64,000 nucleotides of DNA from Zooshikella harenae. Lineage in GTDB: Bacteria > Pseudomonadota > Gammaproteobacteria > Pseudomonadales > Zooshikellaceae. The notes beneath the pieces are model-generated. The model saw nothing but the letters and a program-made list of their open reading frames with translations. It searched no databases and was not told where the DNA came from. The position numbers and the translations under genes were made by a program. How positions within the stretch are numbered: the first letter of the stretch is position 1; the number at the start of each line of letters is the position of its first letter. Below, one piece after another: positions 42,266 to 52,302 of this stretch. Location: positions 17,164 to 81,163 of the forward strand of contig NZ_JAGSOY010000008.1 of the NCBI RefSeq assembly GCF_018837975.1, in the 5' to 3' direction.

Positions 42266-42684
42266 ATATGTTCTTCCGCTATCTTAAATTCATTTTAGCA
42301 AGCCTACGACAACCACTACATTACTGCCGTGCACTACATCACAGTGTTAAGCAAGAAGACTTAATATTCTTTTCTATTATTTTCTTATAGCGATTTAGAA
42401 TAATCTCTGGATAAATAAGTTTTAAACTGAACTTATTAGTCTTGTCAGACACTTACGACTTCTGTCGTAATAACTTAGCAATTAACTAACTAAACGTAAC
42501 TATACTCTGTTTACACGCTATGTGCAAAAATATTCTAACAGAGAAATACTTTACTCATATCAAAGATATAATTAATTCCATACGCCTAAAAAGTACCTTA
42601 AAATTTTACGAGAAATAAATATTGACTCATTAGAACTGAAGGCTTTGAAGTAGTTTATAGAAAACTAAAGCACTCTTATCCTCT

Positions 42685-43365
42685 TTACCCTATCACGTTC
42701 AATTTATTGTGCCAGTAAAACGTGTTTACTGGACTATCGTTAGTAGTCAATAATGTTTTCCAACAACAATAAATGTCCAAAATGCTATTTACAGTAAACT
42801 CTTTTTTCCAAAACTGTCGACCATAAAGAAAACTCAAGGCAAATTCGCGCCAACTTAAAAAACAAGAAAAAGCTAAATCAGCAGCTTCGAATATACATTC
42901 CCAAGCTTTTTCTTCACTGATATAACCCACGAAGGCCCCTCGCCTAAACAGATGAATACATGTAGCAATATCCCATGCTTTAATTCCCATATGAGTTAAT
43001 TCTGGAAGACTACGTTTTACAAACTGGAGAACCTGGTACTCTTCTTGCTCCTGTTTATAGGTATCAATATACGATAATTGCCTTTTACTATCGATTGTAT
43101 TCAAAAACCTTGCTCTTGCACTAAAGGCAGCATTATACCCCCCCTGCTCAATTAACCAGTTTTTTAATTCAATGAGAGAGCTTCCACAAGTTACTTTCCA
43201 ATCTCTTTGCAACTGGGTTCGCCAATGGTTTTTATATTCTTCACTATCATCACAGCCAAATAATGTTTGGTTAGCGTCTTCCAGAAGAACATCATGAAGA
43301 CAGGCCAGTCCGATAGCCCTCATCTGTTGAGATGTGTGTTGAGGGGGGTAATTAAACTTCATCAT
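42685..43365 (-). CDS. DUF1266 (YbeU-like) protein
   Basis: 226 aa; last gene of an hscC/djlC/ybeU-like trio that mirrors the E. coli ybeU-djlC-hscC locus; family call from memory. Confidence 0.55.
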   Translation of the reverse strand: MMKFNYPPQHTSQQMRAIGLACLHDVLLEDANQTLFGCDDSEEYKNHWRTQLQRDWKVTCGSSLIELKNWLIEQGGYNAAFSARARFLNTIDSKRQLSYIDTYKQEQEEYQVLQFVKRSLPELTHMGIKAWDIATCIHLFRRGAFVGYISEEKAWECIFEAADLAFSCFLSWREFALSFLYGRQFWKKEFTVNSILDIYCCWKTLLTTNDSPVNTFYWHNKLNVIG

Positions 43366-43378
43366 CTAGTTTTTGACC

Positions 43379-45751
43379 TTATGGACAAATATTTAAGCTA
43401 CTTGGCTCTTCATCAGAAACTAAGGCAAAATCAGCCCAATTAATTACATCCAAAAGTGAATATATATTAATGAATATTTTTTGATACTCTTTTTCATCAA
43501 CACACATCGTGTTTTGCATATTTGTTGATTCAGACGCCAGTACAATCCAATGATTAATCAATAAAAGCCATTGTTCATAGTCTTCACTAAACACATTAAG
43601 TAGTCTTTTTGCTTTAACCCAATGACGCATTGCAGCAACAAAATTTTGCATACCAAATTCAGCCAATCCTAATAAAACTTGACTAGCTGCAGATTGCTCT
43701 TCTTTTACAGTCATCGCCCCAGTTGCTTTACTGGGATTACATTCCCAAATATACAGTAAGCTTGAAAAAAAACTGTGAATACTTACAGCTAAAACTGGGG
43801 GAAAGTGACCATTAGACTCAATACTTTTTAATAAATCAAAGGCAGAAGAATATTGTTTTTGCAAAAATAGAATAATAAGTTTATGCCAAAGCCACCAAGT
43901 ACTCACTGATGCAGCCTTATCAAAAACCTCAAATAAATCAACTAGTTGATCAATTTTTTTATAGGTTATACATAAATAAATACATCGTCGAACCAGACTT
44001 TGACATGTAAATACTTCCCAAGCTTGTACAGCATAATCTAGAGCATCTTTTGTGCGATTCAGGCCAAAGCTTGCTTCAGTTAATATCCATAAAAGCCGTA
44101 GTGAAAATCTCACACGATATAAATCATTTTTATTAATATAATTCACTACCTTTTGATATTCATTTAAGGCTAATAAGCAAGCAGCAATCTCCACTTTTGC
44201 ATTGATATTTGCATTATCTATGTGAACACATTTACGGAAACTGGTTAACGCCTGCTGGTAATTTTTTACTAGATAGTAACATTGTCCTAATCGAAACCAA
44301 TCATTCGCGGATATATCAAGCTGTGTTAATACTGATTGGTAATCCTTAATCGCATCACTGTAATTTGCCAATTCAAAATTACAGCGAGCACGACATGATA
44401 AGTAAATATGATTATCATCATTGATATCAATATTAATCAAATTCAGTGCATGCAGGTAATAACCCAACTCTAAATAACAGACCACTAGTTCTTTTTTAGC
44501 TTCAGTACATACCTCCTCACACTGCTGTATGTACGTAATATAATGTTTAGCATCAGCATGTCTGTTTAAGTTTGTACAAACTTTAATTTTGAATAAAATA
44601 CTCCATACAGCAAGCCGATAATCCTGTATTGCAGGCAACTGATTTAAAGTAGTTAGTGCTTCATTCGCTTTTCCTAAAGCTAAGGATACCTTTACCTTAA
44701 GTAAGGCAGTTACAACTTTAAGCACATGACTCTCAAACTCTTGAAAATCAATTTCAGCAAGTAATATTAGCATTCTCTCATTAATAGGTGCCTCAAGCAG
44801 CCTCACTAACGCACTTTCGATTTCATCAGAAGGTATTTGGTTTGAGTTTAAAAGTGATGTATAAAGCCCATGGATGGCCTCATGATTCTGAGGATCAATA
44901 TTAAAAATCAAAGTGTAAATATTTAAAGACTGGCTCCAGTTTTTTTGTTTTACTTCTATTGTTGCAATTCTTAATAAGAAATCAAGATCATTATCTAACT
45001 GATAACCAGCATAAAAACAGTCTTTAGCTCGTTCCAACAAATTAGCTAGCTCAAATGAACACCCTAGCAATCTCAGGAGCACAGGATCTGCATCATAGAT
45101 TGCGTATGCAGACATCAAATGCTCAATTGCAGACCTAATATCATTACAGATTAAAGCATGACGCCCTTCAAGTCTCCGTTGTAAATACTCATCAGCATTG
45201 ACTGATGGTAGCCCTTGCAGTCCATCATAAGTTAAAAATCCAGGGCCATCTTTAAAACTTCCAAAAAAACGATCAACTAAGCTTTCAGGATACTGGCGAT
45301 AAAAAATCCACTGATTAGCTATCCAGTCAAAGTGACAACTTAAGCGTTTTAAAATAGTTGGGGGAACAAAAGGGTGATCTAAAAAAAACCGTAATAATTG
45401 TACAGAAAGCTCTTCTTTCGCTTCTTTGTTCAGACCATTTATACTTAATAACCAGTTATCCCAAACAATACTCTGTACTCTTTGTGAAAAGTCAGAATAA
45501 ATCATCTCAACAGCGTACAGTGCTTGTTCTACACCAGTCATCCCTACGTTATGCTGATGAAGCCGGTAACCATCAACATCTAACTTATTATGCTTAGCGC
45601 TTAACAGAGCTTGCTCATAAGCCTCTCTTAAACCCTGAAATGCGGACACATCATCTAAATGACCAAGTGCTTTTAGCTGCTTAGCATAAGCTTTCTTAAT
45701 TGCCTGCACATCACTTGTAGGCTTAATCCTTAATTGTTCCCAACAGTCCAT
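43379..45751 (-). CDS. DjlC-like co-chaperone: N-terminal J-like domain (HLD in place of HPD) plus a long TPR-repeat region
   Basis: MDCWEQLRIKPTSDVQAIKKAYAKQLKALGHLDD aligns to a J-domain helix II-loop with HPD replaced by HLD; many TPR-like repeats follow; the track starts at GTG 45760. Confidence 0.6.
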   Translation of the reverse strand: MDCWEQLRIKPTSDVQAIKKAYAKQLKALGHLDDVSAFQGLREAYEQALLSAKHNKLDVDGYRLHQHNVGMTGVEQALYAVEMIYSDFSQRVQSIVWDNWLLSINGLNKEAKEELSVQLLRFFLDHPFVPPTILKRLSCHFDWIANQWIFYRQYPESLVDRFFGSFKDGPGFLTYDGLQGLPSVNADEYLQRRLEGRHALICNDIRSAIEHLMSAYAIYDADPVLLRLLGCSFELANLLERAKDCFYAGYQLDNDLDFLLRIATIEVKQKNWSQSLNIYTLIFNIDPQNHEAIHGLYTSLLNSNQIPSDEIESALVRLLEAPINERMLILLAEIDFQEFESHVLKVVTALLKVKVSLALGKANEALTTLNQLPAIQDYRLAVWSILFKIKVCTNLNRHADAKHYITYIQQCEEVCTEAKKELVVCYLELGYYLHALNLINIDINDDNHIYLSCRARCNFELANYSDAIKDYQSVLTQLDISANDWFRLGQCYYLVKNYQQALTSFRKCVHIDNANINAKVEIAACLLALNEYQKVVNYINKNDLYRVRFSLRLLWILTEASFGLNRTKDALDYAVQAWEVFTCQSLVRRCIYLCITYKKIDQLVDLFEVFDKAASVSTWWLWHKLIILFLQKQYSSAFDLLKSIESNGHFPPVLAVSIHSFFSSLLYIWECNPSKATGAMTVKEEQSAASQVLLGLAEFGMQNFVAAMRHWVKAKRLLNVFSEDYEQWLLLINHWIVLASESTNMQNTMCVDEKEYQKIFINIYSLLDVINWADFALVSDEEPSSLNICP

Positions 45752-45777
45752 AGCGATCACTTTTAGTTAACTTAAAA

Positions 45778-47466
45778 CTACATTTCTGCTTCCAAGTGGT
45801 CTAACAAAGCACTTACTTCATGGTAAGCTTCCGCAATATAGTGCTGATCCTGACGAGCTAAAGCCGTTTCAAAGTCAACAATGAGCTGTCCTATTAATAT
45901 TCTCTTTTCACCTAAAGCTTGTTCAAAGAGGCGCTCACCTCTTGCCAGTAAAAAACGATTTGGCAAGTGTTCTCGAGGATGAATTTTCAAACGGCTTAAT
46001 GCTTGTAGTCGTTGAGTAATTTCTTCTGCTGAAAACTGCCCAGGATTTTTTTCAATAACTGTTGAAAAAGTTTCTGTGGTTGATAGCACAGTTACTTCAA
46101 CCTCAAGCAATCCATTTACATCATAGGTAAAACGAACATCAACCGCTTCTTGACCAGCTTGTGCCGTAGGAACATCAACGGAAATATCTCCTAATTTTAT
46201 ATTATTCTTAACCCGCCGACTTTCTCCTTGATAAATTTGAATACATACTTTTGATTGTCGGTCTGCTGTAGTATAAAAACGTTCCACACGTGAAATCGGA
46301 ATAATACAATTTCTTTCTAATATTGGCTGATAAAGTCCTGTTTCTGTGTATTTACCTCGTGATGCTGCCACCTCAACCCCTAATGAATAAGGACAAACAT
46401 CGGTCATTACCACTTCTTCAAGTGCTTTATCCTGTACAAGCAGTCCAGCCTGTATTGCTGCCCCCATTGCAATAACCTGATCCGGATCTATCCCAGTAAC
46501 GGGAAATCGTGAAAATATCTTGGTCGCCATCGTTTTGACCATCGGCATGCGTGTAGCCCCACCGACTAAAATTAACTGATCGATATCTGTTGGCAGAAAA
46601 CCAGCGTCTTTTAGCACCCTTTCCACAGGTTTACGTAAACGATCCAATAAGTTTGCAGCTACTTGCTCAAACTCTGATCGTTTAATATCCATTTCTATCG
46701 AGGCAGATGCTAATACTACTTTCAAAGTAGTCTGCTGTTTCGTACTTAATTCATGTAAAACACGTTTCACTGCTTGCCGTAGTGTCGTACGCTCTGTTTG
46801 TGTCAGTGACTCCAAAATAATCGCCTGCTTTGCACAACAGTAACGTACCAACTGCTCTAAAAAGTCCTCTCCACCTAAATGGTTGTCACCTGCACTGGCA
46901 TTGACTTCTATAACACCGTCAAACAGTTCAAGTAGTGATACATCGAAAGTCCCGCCACCTAAGTCAAGTACTATCACCCGTTGCTCACGCTGTTCCTGAA
47001 TACCATAAGCAAGTGCCGCTGCAGTTGGCTCATTAACCAAACGAGTTACCTTCAATCCTGCTATTTCACCTGCCAAGCGCGTCATTCTGCGCTGATGCTC
47101 GCTAAAATAAGCTGGTACACTAATCACTGCTTCGGAAATATGCTGTCCAGTGTAGTTTTCCGCATCTTCTTTCAAGGCCCGTAAGACAAACGAGGCAAGT
47201 TCATGAGGTAAGAACTGTTGCGCACCCAGACCAATCTCACGTTGACTTCCCATATATCGCTTAAATACTTCAAAGGTATGAAGAGGGTGGGTAAACAGAC
47301 GCTCCTGTGCCACACGACCAACGACTATATCACCGTTATCGTCAAGACCAACGACAGAAGGTGTAAGCTTTTCACCTAAAGCATTGGGAATAACATCTGT
47401 CTTACCGTTTTGCCAAATAGCGATAAGCGAATGTGTAGTGCCAAGATCGATGCCTACAATACTCAT
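45778..47466 (-). CDS. hscC: Hsp70-family chaperone HscC (Hsc62-like)
   Basis: 562 aa; MSIVGIDLGTTHSLIAIWQNG...PSVVG; DLGGGTFDVSLL; shorter than DnaK with a truncated lid, as in HscC. Confidence 0.85.
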   Translation of the reverse strand: MSIVGIDLGTTHSLIAIWQNGKTDVIPNALGEKLTPSVVGLDDNGDIVVGRVAQERLFTHPLHTFEVFKRYMGSQREIGLGAQQFLPHELASFVLRALKEDAENYTGQHISEAVISVPAYFSEHQRRMTRLAGEIAGLKVTRLVNEPTAAALAYGIQEQREQRVIVLDLGGGTFDVSLLELFDGVIEVNASAGDNHLGGEDFLEQLVRYCCAKQAIILESLTQTERTTLRQAVKRVLHELSTKQQTTLKVVLASASIEMDIKRSEFEQVAANLLDRLRKPVERVLKDAGFLPTDIDQLILVGGATRMPMVKTMATKIFSRFPVTGIDPDQVIAMGAAIQAGLLVQDKALEEVVMTDVCPYSLGVEVAASRGKYTETGLYQPILERNCIIPISRVERFYTTADRQSKVCIQIYQGESRRVKNNIKLGDISVDVPTAQAGQEAVDVRFTYDVNGLLEVEVTVLSTTETFSTVIEKNPGQFSAEEITQRLQALSRLKIHPREHLPNRFLLARGERLFEQALGEKRILIGQLIVDFETALARQDQHYIAEAYHEVSALLDHLEAEM

Positions 47467-47969
47467 GGCAACTCCATTGCAGATAATGATTGGTAAATTC
47501 AGGCTCAGTTAACAAAATCTTTTTGTTATCAGATAGTTTAATTTGATAACAATTATAAAGATAAAAGACTAAATAAAGTGCGAAATGTACCAAGCTAGTA
47601 AATACCATTTGTCGGCTTATAGAGCAGCAACAGTAAAGTTGTATTTAGCTGTGAGGAATATCTATTTTATAAAGTGAACAGTGTAACTTTTATAATCCTT
47701 TTTTGTTTTATAGTCTGTTCAGACTGACCAAACTACACAACGAATTATGAGAAATAACATAGATATACTCTACGCGAATAAATTTTAAGCTTTGTTGCCT
47801 GCACGCTTGACCAGCAAGGATGTTGGGAATGCAGTTCATGCAGGCGCTTTTAACTGTCACTCCAGTCGCTTATAGAAACCTCTGGAGTTTCTTCACTTGA
47901 CGGCCGCACCCTTGTGCCCTAGGGGTATAAAAATCCTCCATTATGGATATATTCTTTAGCTAGCAATAT

Positions 47970-49580
47970 TTAATTGTGAATGCCATAACGTTGTATTTTT
48001 TCTACTAACGTGCGCCTTGGCATTTTCAATACTTTTGCAGTTTGGGTCTGATTCCAGTTATTTGCTCGTAAATGTGATTCAAGTAGTTTTTTCTCATAGT
48101 GTTGCACCATTTCCTTCAAAGGCAACCCATTTTGAGGATAAACAACTAATTCATCAGGCATTTCTGAGGAAGCACCATTCTCCAAGAGAATTTGCTCTGG
48201 CATATGCTGTGGTAATAGGACTGTTTCCCTATCACAAAGTAATACTGCTCGCTCAATAATATTTTGTAACTGTCGCACATTTCCAGGAAAGTTATATCGC
48301 ATAAGTATATCCATCACTGCAGGCGAAACCTGAATTTCCTTGCGGTCATAGCTTTGGCAATACCCCTTAATAAAGTGATTAACCAGTGCAGGAATATCTT
48401 CCTTACGTTCTCGCAAGGGGGGTAAAACAATTGGAAAAACACTTAACCGATAGTATAAATCCTCTCTAAACTCCCCTTTGGTAATTTTATCTTCCAGATT
48501 ACAGTGAGTAGCAGCAATAATCCTGACATCAACTTTATGTGCCTTATTTTCACCTATTGGCTTAACTTCCCCGTCCTGCAGCACTCGTAGAAGCTTGGTC
48601 TGTAAATTCAGTGGCATGTCACCAATTTCATCTAAAAACAGCGTGCCACGATGAGCTTCATCAAGTAGCCCTTTTCGATCACTGCTCGCCCCCGTAAAGC
48701 TACCTTTTTTATAGCCAAACAACTCACTTTCCAGCAATTGTTCCGGGACTGCTGCACAATTTTGAGTGACAAAGAGTTTATCATTTCGGTCGCTGTGCTG
48801 ATGAATTGTTCGTGCAAAAACTTCCTTACCTGTTCCCGTCTCTCCACGCAATAGCACAGTGACATTTGAACTCAACACTTTATCCATCAGTGCATAAACT
48901 TGCTGCATCGGTTCGCTTTCACCGATAATTTCGTAATTCTGTGATGATTTCCGTTGCAGCCGAAGTTGTTTATTTTCTGCTTCAAGTTGACGGTTTGAGG
49001 CATCAAGTACTTGAATCAAATGTCGATTCATTGCCATCAACATCGCATTATCTAGCGCTACAGCAGCTTGGAGAGCAAAGGCTTGGGCAATTTTTTCAAC
49101 CGACCGAAAAGAGGCAGAAATATGCCCATTTTGTACTTTAAATAGCTCCAACACTCCTAGCGTTTGCTGATTACAATCTCGAAGCGGCATCACCAATAGT
49201 GTTTCAGTCTTACATTTTAAAACCTGGTCACGCAGATAAATTTCTGTCAGTTCAAACCCAGCAAACTGATAGGCACTATCAATGTAGGTTTGCAGGCCAG
49301 TAAAAGCGACATAGCTATATATATTCTGCGTATTAAACTGTCCATGCGCACGTAGAGGAACATCTGCTGCATAATCGAAAGCAGTTGGCGTTCCTCGCCA
49401 AATAGCTGCTTTGGGTTCCAGACGAGACTTAGTGATGTCCAGCGTATATAACGATCCTCCATCAGCCATACAAAGCTTACAGCCCAGCAAAACAATTTGC
49501 TGAGCTAGGCGATCTATATCACGCTCCGTGGCTAAGGCAACACTGGTTGCTAAAAGCTCTTCAACAGAAATTGCTGACAT
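47970..49580 (-). CDS. Sigma-54-dependent transcriptional activator (GAF plus AAA+ sigma-54 activation plus Fis-type HTH), VasH-like
   Basis: GESEPMQQVYALMDKV...VLLRGETGTGKEVFA...GAFTGA-like region (GSFTGAS); ESELFGY; C-terminal QTQTAKVLKMPRRTLVEKIQRYGI HTH; immediately downstream of clpV. Confidence 0.8.
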   Translation of the reverse strand: MSAISVEELLATSVALATERDIDRLAQQIVLLGCKLCMADGGSLYTLDITKSRLEPKAAIWRGTPTAFDYAADVPLRAHGQFNTQNIYSYVAFTGLQTYIDSAYQFAGFELTEIYLRDQVLKCKTETLLVMPLRDCNQQTLGVLELFKVQNGHISASFRSVEKIAQAFALQAAVALDNAMLMAMNRHLIQVLDASNRQLEAENKQLRLQRKSSQNYEIIGESEPMQQVYALMDKVLSSNVTVLLRGETGTGKEVFARTIHQHSDRNDKLFVTQNCAAVPEQLLESELFGYKKGSFTGASSDRKGLLDEAHRGTLFLDEIGDMPLNLQTKLLRVLQDGEVKPIGENKAHKVDVRIIAATHCNLEDKITKGEFREDLYYRLSVFPIVLPPLRERKEDIPALVNHFIKGYCQSYDRKEIQVSPAVMDILMRYNFPGNVRQLQNIIERAVLLCDRETVLLPQHMPEQILLENGASSEMPDELVVYPQNGLPLKEMVQHYEKKLLESHLRANNWNQTQTAKVLKMPRRTLVEKIQRYGIHN

Positions 49581-49590
49581 CCTTTTCCTA

Positions 49591-52302
49591 CTACGCAGGT
49601 GTTACCACAAAAGCAAGATCCTGATTCAAACTCACATGCAGTTTTGTATAAGCATGCTGATCTGAATCCATACGTAAAATACAATCAGATATTTTTGGCA
49701 ATAACCCACCATTAATCAGCTGATCAATGTTACGCGCTCCCGCTTCAACTTCAGTGCACCTTGCAGCCATTTGCGCTAATAATTCAGGATCATAACTTAA
49801 AGCCAGTTTTTGCTGTTGTATTATACGTTTATTGAGTTTACTTAATTTCAACTCAACCAGCTCAGCCATGACATCACTTGCAATTGGAAAGAATGGCACT
49901 ATTTTCATTCTGGCGAGTAATGCAGGTTTAAAATGAGCACTGAGTACAGGGCGTACTGCTTTGGCGAGTTCATCTTGTGAAGGGTACTTTCCATCCTGAC
50001 ATAAATCACAAATAATATCTGATGCTAAATTACTGGTCATAAACACTAAGGTATTTTTAAAATCGATTTCCCGACCTTCACCATCAGATAACGTACCTTT
50101 ATCAAATACTTGATAAAATAAATTCATCACTTCCAAATCAGCTTTTTCAACTTCATCTAATAACACAACAGAGTATGGTCGCTGACGAACGGCTTCAGTG
50201 AGCACACCGCCTTCACCATATCCCACATAGCCAGGTGGCGAGCCAACCAAACGTGATACGGTATGCTTTTCTTGAAATTCAGACATGTTGATGGTCGTCA
50301 TGAAACGTTCACCACCAAAACATAGGTCAGCCACATTAAGGGCTGTCTCGGTCTTACCTACTCCACTAGGGCCAACCAATAAAAACACACCCATTGGCGT
50401 ATCAGGGTTATTCAAGCCAACCTTAGCCGCTTTAAGTGCTTTATCAATCTCAGCAACGGCATGATCCTGACCTTTAACCCGGCTTGTCATTTCAGAGACA
50501 AAATCAACACCTCCCTGAACAGCGGTTGCCAGCATTTTAGATGCAGGTATGCCTGTCCAAGCAGAAATTACTTGTGCTATGACTTCCGGATCTACTTCAA
50601 AGCTGACTAATACATGCTCTTCCTGCATAACCCCTAACTTTTGCTCTGCCTCTTCAAGGGCTAATAACAGTTGGCTAACATCTTCACTAGGCTCAGCTAC
50701 AGCATCTTCTATCGTTAATGGCACATCTTCTTCAGTGCGATCTTCGCTGCCAGTCTCGTTTTGACTCGCTTGTTCCTCTTGACCTTCTGATTGCATTCCT
50801 TCGGGATGATGTTGGATATCCCGTAGCTTTTGCCTTAATTCAAGAATCTCCGTAACCTGCTGCTGTTGTTCCTGCCATTGTTGCTCAACAATTACCAATG
50901 ACTCAGCGACTTCATCTAATAACGCTTGTAGCTCTTGATAACGCTCACTGTCATATTTGACGCCGAGCTTTTTATCCCGCTCTAAACCTGCAAACTCACG
51001 TTGTAAACAAGCTTGTTTAAATAGCTGATCCTCTACCTGAGCAGGTTTTGCAGCCATACTCACTTTGACCCGAGCACAGGCTGTATCGATCACATCAATC
51101 GCTTTATCAGGCAGTTGGCGACCTGAAATATAACGCTCTGACAACTGAGCTGCAGCGACAACGGCATCATCACGGATATAAACACCGTGATTTTTTTCAT
51201 AAATACCTTTCAAGCCTCGTAGAATAATCGCCGCTTGCTCTGCATTAGGTTCCTCTAGCTTAACTAACTGAAAACGCCGAGCTAAAGCAGGATCTTTTTC
51301 AAAATACTTTTTATATTCTGACCAAGTTGTTGCTGCTATCGTGCGCAAATCACCTCGCGCGAGCGCTGGTTTCAATAAATTTGCCGCATCACCTCCACCC
51401 GCTTGATTACCCGCACCAATTAACGTATGCGCTTCATCAATAAACAAAATAATGGGTTTTACTGATGATTGAATAGCTTCAATAACGCCTTTTAAACGTT
51501 TTTCAAACTCTCCTTTTACACTAGCTCCTGCTTGCAATAAGCCCATATCCAAACCTAAGAGCGTAACATCTTTTAAAATGGCCGGAACATCTCCTTCAAC
51601 TATTTTTAATGCCAGTCCTTCCACTACGGCAGATTTACCTACACCTGGTTCACCGACAATTATGGGATTATTTTTTCTTCGGCGAGATAACACATCAACC
51701 ATTTGTCGTATTTCGTTTTCCCGACAGAAAACCGGATCAATTTTTCCCTGTTTAGCATGCTCTGTAAAATTAATGGTATATTTTTCTAAAACAGATTGCT
51801 GATCCCCTGCTGAAGATAAAGGTTTGGAAACAGGTGATTTATTCTCTTCATCCGCACCTTGTAATAATTGCTTTAACTCATCGGTTGGAATCGTACTTAG
51901 CACTTTATAATAAGCCAATCGCGAGAAGCGTAACTCATTATCAAGTACCGTACATAACAAAATGCCTGGAGAGATAAAGTCCATTTTTAATTCGACAGTT
52001 GCTAATAAAAATGCTTCCTGCAGCCAATCCTGTAAAAACTGAGAAAACACCGGTCGGCCATTATGGCCTCCTCGCATATCCTGCTCGTGCTGCAATGCTT
52101 TTTCTAACCGACTGCTCTCAATTTCATAATGCTTCAATACTTTTTGAATTTCACCTTCTTCAACAGCTAAAAGCTCTAATAAAACATCTTCTACTGTTAT
52201 TTCAAAGCCTTGCCTCGCTACACAGCGACTGGCAGCAGACTCTATTGCTGTTCGGCTTTCTGGATTTAAATGGGAAATAAGTAAATTAAGATCAAGCTTC
52301 AT
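49591..52302 (-). CDS. tssH: T6SS AAA+ ATPase ClpV (TssH)
   Basis: 903 aa; two AAA modules (GEPGVGKSAVVEG; LLVGPSGVGKTETA); ClpV-type N-domain; T6SS context. Confidence 0.9.
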   Translation of the reverse strand: MKLDLNLLISHLNPESRTAIESAASRCVARQGFEITVEDVLLELLAVEEGEIQKVLKHYEIESSRLEKALQHEQDMRGGHNGRPVFSQFLQDWLQEAFLLATVELKMDFISPGILLCTVLDNELRFSRLAYYKVLSTIPTDELKQLLQGADEENKSPVSKPLSSAGDQQSVLEKYTINFTEHAKQGKIDPVFCRENEIRQMVDVLSRRRKNNPIIVGEPGVGKSAVVEGLALKIVEGDVPAILKDVTLLGLDMGLLQAGASVKGEFEKRLKGVIEAIQSSVKPIILFIDEAHTLIGAGNQAGGGDAANLLKPALARGDLRTIAATTWSEYKKYFEKDPALARRFQLVKLEEPNAEQAAIILRGLKGIYEKNHGVYIRDDAVVAAAQLSERYISGRQLPDKAIDVIDTACARVKVSMAAKPAQVEDQLFKQACLQREFAGLERDKKLGVKYDSERYQELQALLDEVAESLVIVEQQWQEQQQQVTEILELRQKLRDIQHHPEGMQSEGQEEQASQNETGSEDRTEEDVPLTIEDAVAEPSEDVSQLLLALEEAEQKLGVMQEEHVLVSFEVDPEVIAQVISAWTGIPASKMLATAVQGGVDFVSEMTSRVKGQDHAVAEIDKALKAAKVGLNNPDTPMGVFLLVGPSGVGKTETALNVADLCFGGERFMTTINMSEFQEKHTVSRLVGSPPGYVGYGEGGVLTEAVRQRPYSVVLLDEVEKADLEVMNLFYQVFDKGTLSDGEGREIDFKNTLVFMTSNLASDIICDLCQDGKYPSQDELAKAVRPVLSAHFKPALLARMKIVPFFPIASDVMAELVELKLSKLNKRIIQQQKLALSYDPELLAQMAARCTEVEAGARNIDQLINGGLLPKISDCILRMDSDQHAYTKLHVSLNQDLAFVVTPA

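Noticed and set aside
49591-52302. ClpB (housekeeping disaggregase) rather than ClpV
   Set aside because: There is no long coiled-coil middle domain, and the gene is embedded between tssG and the sigma-54 activator within a T6SS block.
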